Of a DNA stretch of 64,000 bases, positions 9,116 to 16,634 are shown one piece after another (positions within the stretch are counted from its first letter, which is position 1; every line of letters begins with the position of its first letter). The notes below the pieces were generated by a model that ran no database searches, was not told the origin of the DNA, and saw only the letters and a list, made by a program, of their open reading frames with translations. This DNA is from an uncultured Acidobacteriota bacterium (lineage in GTDB: Bacteria > Acidobacteriota > Terriglobia > Terriglobales > Acidobacteriaceae), in the NCBI GenBank assembly GCA_963699695.1, contig CAVOUU010000004.1, forward strand, positions 437,762-501,761, given 5' to 3'. Position numbers and translations under genes: made by a program.

Positions 9116-10399
9116 CTATGCGATCCCTGCCGATTTCGTCCGCGCCCGCCGCCGCGCCGCGCCCGCGGGTTCAATTCGATTGCGGCCATTTTCCTTCGCG
9201 CGATACAGAGCCTCATCGGCCGCCTTGATTACATCCTTCGCCACGGAATCGATTCCCCCCGACGTTGCCACTCCCATGCTCGCCGTGACCGACAATGAAT
9301 CCGGCGCAGGGGTGCGAGCCAGTTGCCGGATCGCCAGTCCGGTCCGCCCTCGTCCTCTCATGCCCTGACTGCGGCGGTCCGGCCCCCGAGGTTCCTGCCT
9401 TCTGTCCGGTCCGCGTAAGCGAAGCGAGCTGCCTTCAATCGCGGAACGCAGCGTCTCCAGATGTTCCAGGACGTCTGCCGTCACTTTCCCGGGAAATAAG
9501 ATCGCGAACTCCTCCCCGCCACAACGGTACGCTTGCCCCCCGCCCGAAACTCGTCCCAGCTGCGACGCGACCATGCGCAGCACCTGATCCCCCACGTCGT
9601 GACCGTGCGTGTCATTGCAGCGTTTGAAGTGGTCGATGTCAACCATCGCAATCGAATACGGATGCTCCAGCCGCAGCAGCGCATCCTGGAATGCCCGGCG
9701 CGAAGGCAGAGTAGTGAGTTCGTCGTGATAAGCCAGCAGGTACGAAGTTTCGACAATCGCCCCCGCCAGCACGAACGCAGCGGCGGCGAAGTATGCGGTG
9801 GGGAATTTTCCGATCCCGCCAAAACGCAGCGCTAAGAAAGAAGCAGCCAAAGCCCAGAGCAGGCCGCTTTCTGCCGGCTTGCGAAACAGAAAAAAACGGA
9901 TCAGCAGAAACAAGGCTCCAGCCGCAAACGCCCACTGCGTGGGAAATGGCAGTGGCGACGCCTGAGCGGAGCTATGTGCGGCCCGCGAAGCGGCAGCTGT
10001 TTCGGGACGGCAAAGCACCGCCACTACGACCGACTCGACAAATAGCGCCAACGCCGCGGGCGCAAGCGCCGAGAAGCTGAATCCTTTCTCTTTTTGAATG
10101 GAGAGCGCAACAAAATTCAACGGTAGCAGCAGGCCCGCGGCGGCAATCGCCATGGCGCCTGGGCCGCCGGTAGCGACATGCCCAGCCGAAAAATAATCGA
10201 CCGCGCGCTGCGCGAGAAGCAGAACCAGCAACGCCGAAAAAACGCGGCTGGAGTGAAACCGCCATGCCAGCATCAGCCCCGCGATCCCCACTCCATAAAG
10301 CGCCGAGCTCAGGAACGCCGGACTTGGCGACAGCACTCCCGTGTGCAGCAGCAGGGCAAACGCGAGCAAACCAACGCCGGGGATGAGCAGAGTTTTCAT
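9116..10399 (-). CDS. Multi-TM diguanylate cyclase (GGDEF domain)
   Basis: ORF 9116..10405; the ATG at 10399 is preferred over the TTG. About 7-8 predicted TM helices, then a GGDEF domain (DIDHFKRCNDTHGHDVGD, active site GGEEF, EALYRAKENGRN). Confidence 0.88.
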   Translation of the reverse strand: MKTLLIPGVGLLAFALLLHTGVLSPSPAFLSSALYGVGIAGLMLAWRFHSSRVFSALLVLLLAQRAVDYFSAGHVATGGPGAMAIAAAGLLLPLNFVALSIQKEKGFSFSALAPAALALFVESVVVAVLCRPETAAASRAAHSSAQASPLPFPTQWAFAAGALFLLIRFFLFRKPAESGLLWALAASFLALRFGGIGKFPTAYFAAAAFVLAGAIVETSYLLAYHDELTTLPSRRAFQDALLRLEHPYSIAMVDIDHFKRCNDTHGHDVGDQVLRMVASQLGRVSGGGQAYRCGGEEFAILFPGKVTADVLEHLETLRSAIEGSSLRLRGPDRRQEPRGPDRRSQGMRGRGRTGLAIRQLARTPAPDSLSVTASMGVATSGGIDSVAKDVIKAADEALYRAKENGRNRIEPAGAARRRARTKSAGIA

Positions 10400-10562
10400 C
10401 GACAAATGGACTCGGCATCGCCCGTAAAAAACACACTCCCGCGAGCCGCAGAGCTCCTCCGCCGATTATCGCTCGCAAAACCCGGACGAGTAATTGACCG
10501 ATTGGGTTCTGGGACAACGACAATTCATTCGGTCGGTCAAACCTCCCGACCTTCAAACAGTG

Positions 10563-11219
10563 CTACACCGCGTAACGGAGCGGGCGTTCGCCGTGGCTTT
10601 TCCAGAAGTAGGCGAGAATGATCACGCTGGCGACGGCCGCGTAAGCGCACCACAGCGAAGTGAAGGCGTAGCGCTTGTAAGCCATCACCGCCAGCAGAAT
10701 CACCAGATTTGCCGCTCCGAACAGAACCATCGCCCTCACTTTGGAGAAGAATAACGACCCGCAGGTTGCGATCACATAAAACACCGCGACGGTGGTGTTG
10801 TTGGTGGCCTGATTGATGTAGATAATGCTGTTTCCCTTGATGCCAAGTTGCAGGGGATAGGCAGTAAGCGCCCACAGGATATAGAGCGTGGTTCCTGTGC
10901 CTAACGCGAGGAAAGGCAGCATGCGCCTGCGGCTCGGTCCGTTGGGCTCGAACAGCAAAACGCTTAGTGGCAGTAGAAAAGGAAGCAACCCCTGGGCATA
11001 AAGCATAAAGGCTGCGCCCATGTTATGAGCGACGGTAGGCGAAAGAATTCCATCCAGGCCAAGCCACACAAACCCTTCAATGAACTGATGAATCGCGAAT
11101 AGCAACGGCAGCGCCGCAAACAGAAGCTCGCGCCGGTGCTTTACCCGGGTGAGCGTGAGCGCTCCGATGGCACCGAGCGCGCCGCTGCCAACAAAGTTCG
11201 CCGTTGCTGAGAAGCACAT
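10563..11219 (-). CDS. Polytopic membrane protein of unknown function
   Basis: ORF 10563..11297. The hydrophobic protein most plausibly starts at MCFSATANFVGSG (ATG 11219). About 6-7 TM helices, no recognisable catalytic motif. Confidence 0.7.
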   Translation of the reverse strand: MCFSATANFVGSGALGAIGALTLTRVKHRRELLFAALPLLFAIHQFIEGFVWLGLDGILSPTVAHNMGAAFMLYAQGLLPFLLPLSVLLFEPNGPSRRRMLPFLALGTGTTLYILWALTAYPLQLGIKGNSIIYINQATNNTTVAVFYVIATCGSLFFSKVRAMVLFGAANLVILLAVMAYKRYAFTSLWCAYAAVASVIILAYFWKSHGERPLRYAV

Positions 11220-11370
11220 AAGGCTTGTTCTCCGTTGAGAGGATACACCGAGTTTTCGCCTGTTTTGAAACCCCGCACCATTCCCGGAAACATGCACCTT
11301 CGTGCGACGACAGTTTCGGCTGCAACTGAGCTTTCTCTAACTAGAATCAGCTTGTAATTAAGGCCCACTT

Positions 11371-12057
11371 ATGAGGATTCTGATAGCGGAAGATGACACC
11401 GCTCTGGCCGGGTTCGTGCGCCAGGGCCTGCAAGGGGAACACTACGCGGTTGACGTGGTCGAGGATGGCGAGCAGGCCCGCGCCATGGGCAGCGAGTTTG
11501 ACTACGATCTTGTAATCCTCGATCTGAACCTGCCCAAGCTCGATGGCGTCAGCGTGCTGCGCCATCTGCGGCTGAAGCGCCCCAGCTTGCCGGTACTGGT
11601 GCTCACGCAAAGAGTTAAGGTGGAAGACCGAGTGCAGTGCCTCGACACCGGCGCTGACGATTACCTGCCGAAGCCCTTTTCGTTTAGCGAACTCTCGGCG
11701 CGCATCCGGGCGCTGTTGCGGCGCAGCCACCTGCCATCCGAGTCGGTGCTGGTGGTCGACGACCTCAAGCTCGACCGCGTCGAGCACCGCGCGGAGCGCG
11801 CCGGCCGCCGCATCGAACTCACTTCGAAAGAGTTTTCCCTGCTCGAATACCTGATGCGCAATGCCGGCCGCCAGGTTTCACGCGCCATGATCATCGAGCA
11901 TGTCTGGAACCTCACGTACGATACTTCGACGAACGTGGTGGATGTTTATATCAACTACCTGCGGCGAAAGGTGGACGACGGGCATCCCCGGAAGCTGATT
12001 CACACCGTGCGCGGCGTAGGCTATGAGCTCAGCGGGGAAGCGGCGGTGCTGGCATGA
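11371..12057 (+). CDS. OmpR/PhoB-family response regulator
   Basis: 228 aa. REC domain (MRILIAEDD, DLVILDLNLPKLDG, PVLVLT, KPF) plus a winged-helix domain (LTSKEFSLLEYLMRN, TVRGVGYEL). Confidence 0.92.
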   Translation: MRILIAEDDTALAGFVRQGLQGEHYAVDVVEDGEQARAMGSEFDYDLVILDLNLPKLDGVSVLRHLRLKRPSLPVLVLTQRVKVEDRVQCLDTGADDYLPKPFSFSELSARIRALLRRSHLPSESVLVVDDLKLDRVEHRAERAGRRIELTSKEFSLLEYLMRNAGRQVSRAMIIEHVWNLTYDTSTNVVDVYINYLRRKVDDGHPRKLIHTVRGVGYELSGEAAVLA

Positions 12058-12803
12058 GTGCGAACGCAGCTACGCGCGCCCCATCATTTCCGCCACAGCA
12101 AGCGACAGCAGAGCCCGTTGCTCCACAAAAGGCGAAGGGGCGAAGTCCGCTGCAGCAGTTGCTGCACACTCTGAACCAGCCGCTCACCGGGCTGCAATGC
12201 TCAATGGAGGTCGCGCTGGCTGCTCCGCGCACGGTCGAGCAGTATGTCCGCGGGCTCCGCGAAGGGTTGGAATTGACCGAGCGCATGCGTGCCCTGGTGG
12301 GAGCGATCCGCGAAGTTACGGATATGGAGGAGACGAATGCCGACCGAAACCTCGAGGACTATTCGGTCACCGAATTGGGCGAGGTGTTGCAGCGAACTAT
12401 TGACGACTTTGCGCCCGTGAGCGAAGTAAAAAGTGTCCGAGTGGAATTTGCGCGCAATGCCGCTGGAATTAGTGCGCCCCTCTCAGACACAGCAAATCGG
12501 CGAATGCTCGAAACTGCCGTATTCCGGTTATTTGAATCGGCGTTGGGATCGGCAGCCTTAGGTAGCGCGCTTTGTATTGAGGTGGGTGGCCAAGTGGGCG
12601 AATCCAAAACGGCTGTTTGGATGCGGGCTCGCTGGCATGCGGGATCGCCGCCCTCGGTAGCGTGGCGCTCCGAGATCGGCTTGGTCGTGTCGCAAGCCGG
12701 CTTCGACAACTTGGGAGCTTCATGGGAACGGCTTCGCGACGGCGAAATGGAGACGGTAACCATCCGCCTGAAAGGCACTCCCTCGGAACTCAATCGGCCA
12801 TAA
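12054..12803 (+). CDS. Soluble histidine-kinase-like protein with an H-box but a degenerate ATP-binding domain
   Basis: 249 aa with an ATGA overlap with the regulator gene. DHp-like helix LLHTLNQPLTGL. The C-terminal domain has HATPase_c-like spacing but no N-box Asn (FRLFESALGS) and no DxGxG or GxGLG boxes. No TM or sensor domain. Confidence 0.75.
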   Translation: MSANAATRAPSFPPQQATAEPVAPQKAKGRSPLQQLLHTLNQPLTGLQCSMEVALAAPRTVEQYVRGLREGLELTERMRALVGAIREVTDMEETNADRNLEDYSVTELGEVLQRTIDDFAPVSEVKSVRVEFARNAAGISAPLSDTANRRMLETAVFRLFESALGSAALGSALCIEVGGQVGESKTAVWMRARWHAGSPPSVAWRSEIGLVVSQAGFDNLGASWERLRDGEMETVTIRLKGTPSELNRP

Positions 12804-12886
12804 TCTTTCCACGGTTGGAGTTATCAGTTTTCATCAATTCATTTTCAGTTACCCGGATGTCCCATCCGGATCCACTAGGAGTCGAA

Positions 12887-14110
12887 ATGAGTGCAATCAC
12901 ATCTTTTCCCGTTCCCTCCCGTATCTCCGGTGGGGCGTTAATTGCCAGTCCCTCAAGTGCGCTCCGTGAACAAGTGGCATATCGCCTGAACGGGCGCTGG
13001 CTGCCCGTTCATCACGCCCTGGGTGGCGCCGATGCGCTGGTAAAACTGGAGCAAGGCGAGTGGCAGGTATTGTTCCTCGACAGGCGGTTGCCGGACCTGG
13101 ATAGCGATGAGCTGATCGCGATCATCCAGCGTCGCTTTCCAGGCACGCAGGTAGTCCTGCTCGATTCCGACGGAGGCTTCCCCGCCAGAGATGAGGAAAA
13201 GATCGCGCGTCCATTCGTTGCGGAGCCGGTCCAGCAAGTTGCGGAAGAACCGTCAATGCAGCCCGGCGAGCATCCCGCTGAAGAACGTTATTATGAGCCG
13301 CTGCCCGGCATGATCGGAAATAGTCCGGCGATGCAGCGCGTGTATCGTCTTGCCCACTTAGTCGCTCCGCGCACAACGACAGTCCTGATTGTAGGGCAGA
13401 CCGGCAGCGGCAAAGAGCTAGTGGCGCGGGCGCTGCACGCTCTGAGTCCGCGGGCGATGAAGCCGTTTGTGGCCGTGAACTGCGCCGCGATTCCCGAAGC
13501 GCTGCTCGAATCGGAATTGTTTGGCCACGCCCGCGGGGCCTTCACCGGCGCGGTGCAGGCGCAGGTAGGCAGAATTCCCGCAGCGCACGGGGGCACACTG
13601 TTTCTCGACGAAGTCAGCGAGTTGCCTCTCGGCATGCAGGCGAAATTGTTGCGATTTCTGGAGCAGAAAGAGGTGCAGCGTCTTGGCACCTCCGATGTCA
13701 CGCATGTGGATGTGAGAGTGATTGCGGCGAGCAACGTGGATTTGGCAGGGCGCGCAGGGCGGGGCGATTTTCGAGAAGATCTGTTTTATCGCCTTGCGGC
13801 CTTCCCTCTCGAACTTCCGCCTCTGGCCGAGCGTCGCGCCGATATCATTCTACTGGCCGAGCATTTCCTGGCCTGCATGGCCTCTGGTATGGGCCGGCCG
13901 TGCCCGCAATTGAGTGTGGAAACGGTAAGGATTCTCGAAGAGCACCCGTGGAAGGGCAACGTCCGCGAGTTACAGCACGTGATGGAGCGCGCGTCGATTC
14001 TGGTAGAGGATGCCGACACCATCTTGTCCGATCATCTTTATTTCCCCTTCCAGCAAATAGTACAGCCGACGAGTTCCCGCCCACTTTCGTGCGCGGTGCG
14101 GGCCAGTTAA
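12887..14110 (+). CDS. Sigma54 activator (atypical REC + AAA+) lacking a C-terminal HTH
   Basis: Tracked as 12617..14110. I choose ATG 12887 because AGGAG lies 6 nt upstream and the start does not overlap the previous gene. Walker A GQTGSGKE, GAFTGA and the GNVREL region are present. Only about 45 residues follow NVRELQ and none form a Fis-type HTH. Confidence 0.85.
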   Translation: MSAITSFPVPSRISGGALIASPSSALREQVAYRLNGRWLPVHHALGGADALVKLEQGEWQVLFLDRRLPDLDSDELIAIIQRRFPGTQVVLLDSDGGFPARDEEKIARPFVAEPVQQVAEEPSMQPGEHPAEERYYEPLPGMIGNSPAMQRVYRLAHLVAPRTTTVLIVGQTGSGKELVARALHALSPRAMKPFVAVNCAAIPEALLESELFGHARGAFTGAVQAQVGRIPAAHGGTLFLDEVSELPLGMQAKLLRFLEQKEVQRLGTSDVTHVDVRVIAASNVDLAGRAGRGDFREDLFYRLAAFPLELPPLAERRADIILLAEHFLACMASGMGRPCPQLSVETVRILEEHPWKGNVRELQHVMERASILVEDADTILSDHLYFPFQQIVQPTSSRPLSCAVRAS

Positions 14111-14141
14111 GTTGAGGCTGAGACGGAACGAGAGGAACGCA

Positions 14142-14195
14142 GAGCCCGGTCGCCACTTCACGGCGGGAGCGTGGCGCCCCGGGCTCGTACGTTTT
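14142..14195. terminator. Strong GC-rich hairpin between convergent genes (candidate bidirectional terminator)
   Basis: GAGCCCGGTCGCCAC (14142-14156) pairs with GTGGCGCCCCGGGCTC (14171-14186) around a 14-nt loop. GTACGTTTT follows on the plus strand. It lies 32 nt after the stop of the 12887..14110 gene and 33 nt after the stop of the small minus-strand ORF. Confidence 0.5.
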
Positions 14196-14218
14196 CGCAA
14201 GTACCACAGGCCGTGCGG

Positions 14219-14380
14219 TCAGCCCGCGGTCGAAGGAGTCGCAGGGTCCGTCCTTCCAGTACCTGCGCAGGCCGGACACTTCAATCGGATAAATGCAATG
14301 CCTTCGGACTTGCCGCTGATGTCCACAGGCTTGGCAACGTATCCGGTACCGCCGCAGCGCGGGCAGGCGTTCGGATCCAC
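14219..14380 (-). CDS. Candidate 53-aa zinc-finger protein with two DnaJ-type CxxCxGxG motifs
   Basis: Below the ORF-track size cut-off. GTG at 14380 is preceded by GGGGGA. Translation: VDPNACPRCGGTGYVAKPVDISGKSEGIAFIRLKCPACAGTGRTDPATPSTAG. GC3 is about 66%, similar to neighbouring genes. Same strand as, and 130 nt downstream of, the M13 peptidase gene. Confidence 0.4.
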   Translation of the reverse strand: MDPNACPRCGGTGYVAKPVDISGKSEGIAFIRLKCPACAGTGRTDPATPSTAG

Positions 14381-14509
14381 GCGTCCCCCTCAATTTGAGG
14401 AGAAGTTTTTCATCAAATCGGGTGCGGGCGAACGGAAAATGCTTTTTGTTACGAAACCCGAACAAGTTGTCGAATTCCGGCCTTTTCCGAAGTTATGCCG
14501 CCCAAAAAA

Positions 14510-16594
14510 TTACCAGACGCGGCACACTTCGTCCGGTTTCTTCACCATGGGCTGTCCAACTTTGCAGGAAAATGCCTTAGCGAAGTCCGGCATGTTGACT
14601 ACGACTCCGTTGATGCGGAAGCGCGCGGGAGAATGTGGGTCGGTAAGCGCGCGTACTCGCATATCTTCGGGACGTTCGTTCGCGCAATCCCACTGCGCGA
14701 ATCCAATAAAGAATCGCTGCTCGGGCGTGAGGCCGTCGACGGGCTGAAGATTTTGTTTTTTATCTTTTTCTTGCCAAGCCATGTAAGCGAGAATTTCGCC
14801 GCCCAGATCGGCTACATTTTCGCCGAGCGTTAGTTTGCCATTGATGTGAACATCCTCGACGGACACGTACGATGAATATTGGTTGTCAACACACTGCGTG
14901 CGCGCGTCGAATTTTTCGCGGTCTTCCTTCGTCCACCAATCCTTCAAATTTCCTTTGGCGTCAAACTGGCTGCCCTCATCGTCGAAGCCGTGAGTGAGTT
15001 CGTGGCCGATGGTGCCGCCAGTGTCGCCGTAGTTCGGAGCATCGTCCATTTTGGGATCGTAAAGCGGAGGTTGCAGCACTCCGGCCGGGAAGTTGATGTC
15101 GTTCATTTGCGGATTGTAGTAGGCGTCGACGGTTGTGGCGGAAATATCCCACTCGCCGTGGTCGACGGGCTTGCCGATCTTGTTGATGTCGCGGCGCGTC
15201 TCGAACTGGTGGGCGCGCTCGACATTACCGGCAAAATCGTCACGCACAATTTTTACCGAGCTGTAGTCACGCCACTTGTCGGGATAGCCAATCTTATTCC
15301 GGATGCCGGCGAGCTTGGCAAGCGCCTGCAGTTTGGTTTCCGGACTCATCCAGTCGAGTGCGCGAATGCGCTGCCCCATGGCGTCTTCAATGCGCTGCAC
15401 CATATCGAGCGTACTGGCTTTGAGTTCAGGAGAGAAAACCTTAGCCACATAAAGCTGCCCGAGCGCTTCGCCCAGATCGTAGTCGACGTACTGCACGCAA
15501 CGCTTCCAGCGCGGCTGCTGTTCTTTTGCGCCCCGCAAGTATTGACGATAGAAGGCGAAATTCTCATCCACGAACTTCGAAGAAAGAAATGGAGAAGAAG
15601 TGTCAGCCACGTGGAAGCGCAAATACGTTTTCCAGTTGTCGACAGGCTCGGAAGAGAGAAGAGAGTTGAGTTCTTTGATGAATTCGGGAGCGTCCACGTT
15701 GAGAATGGCGAATTCGGGGTACTGCATCTCGCGGTAATAGACGGCCCAGTCAAAGTTGGGCGCGAGCTGGCGGAGATCGGCGAGCTTCATCTTGTGCACG
15801 AGCTTGTGCGGATCGCGGCGATCGACGCGGGACAAAGACGCCTTGGCCATCGCCGTTTCGAGGCGCATGACAGTCTCGGCATTCTTTTTGGCCGTCGCGG
15901 GGCTGTCGCCGATTAGTTCAAAAACTTTTCGCACGTGTTGCAGATAGCGCTCGCGGGTCTCTTTCGCTTTAGCGTCATCCTTTAAGTAGTAGTCGCGATC
16001 TGGCATGCCCAGGCCGCCCTGATCGACGTCAGCAATGACGTGCTCAGAGTCGTCGGGATCCTGCGCGGACCCTGCGGAGAACATCATCGAGCTGGAATAA
16101 GAGTAACGGGAATAAGTGAGCTGAAGACGCGCCACTACCGGCGTCAGATCCTTCGCCGACCTCACTTGTGCAATCGCATCAAGCTCGGCCTGGATTGGCA
16201 ACATGCCGCGCTTTTCGACGGCACTTTCATCGACGCAGGCGGAGTAGAAATCGCCAATCTTTTGCGCGACTGCGTTACGCTGCTGGTTCGGCTGCGCAGC
16301 TTCTTCCAGCATTCCGCGAAGGAAGGTCAGGTTGTCCTGATAGAGCTTGGCGTAAACCGACCACGAAGTTTGATCGGGCGGAATAGGATTCTTCTTCTGC
16401 CAGCCACCGCAGGAATATTTATAAAGATCGACACAGGGGTCGATTGTCTTATCCATGGCAGTGAGGTCGAGGCTGGGAATGTAGGGGAGCGCCGGTTCGG
16501 AGGACGGCTGCGACTTGCTTTGTGCAGAAGCAAGGGATACGGCCGCGAACAGCAACGACGATAAAACTACAAATTGTTTGCGCATTCTCTCCAC
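14510..16594 (-). CDS. M13 family zinc metallopeptidase (PepO/neprilysin-like), secreted
   Basis: 694 aa. Signal peptide (VVLSSLLFAAVSLASAQS), HExxH motif GHELTHGFDDEG, ENVADLGG and a C-terminal CRVW. Confidence 0.92.
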   Translation of the reverse strand: MERMRKQFVVLSSLLFAAVSLASAQSKSQPSSEPALPYIPSLDLTAMDKTIDPCVDLYKYSCGGWQKKNPIPPDQTSWSVYAKLYQDNLTFLRGMLEEAAQPNQQRNAVAQKIGDFYSACVDESAVEKRGMLPIQAELDAIAQVRSAKDLTPVVARLQLTYSRYSYSSSMMFSAGSAQDPDDSEHVIADVDQGGLGMPDRDYYLKDDAKAKETRERYLQHVRKVFELIGDSPATAKKNAETVMRLETAMAKASLSRVDRRDPHKLVHKMKLADLRQLAPNFDWAVYYREMQYPEFAILNVDAPEFIKELNSLLSSEPVDNWKTYLRFHVADTSSPFLSSKFVDENFAFYRQYLRGAKEQQPRWKRCVQYVDYDLGEALGQLYVAKVFSPELKASTLDMVQRIEDAMGQRIRALDWMSPETKLQALAKLAGIRNKIGYPDKWRDYSSVKIVRDDFAGNVERAHQFETRRDINKIGKPVDHGEWDISATTVDAYYNPQMNDINFPAGVLQPPLYDPKMDDAPNYGDTGGTIGHELTHGFDDEGSQFDAKGNLKDWWTKEDREKFDARTQCVDNQYSSYVSVEDVHINGKLTLGENVADLGGEILAYMAWQEKDKKQNLQPVDGLTPEQRFFIGFAQWDCANERPEDMRVRALTDPHSPARFRINGVVVNMPDFAKAFSCKVGQPMVKKPDEVCRVW

Positions 16595-16634
16595 CTTGGA
16601 CGGAAGTAGTTGAATCCGGTTCGTAGTGCGAACT

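Noticed and set aside
13845-14465. 206-aa minus-strand ORF, and 211-aa plus-strand ORF 14112..14747, in the gap after the sigma54 activator
   Set aside because: Both are Arg-rich junk-like sequences that overlap the 3' ends of real genes. The only motif-bearing frame here is the 53-aa CxxCxGxG ORF.
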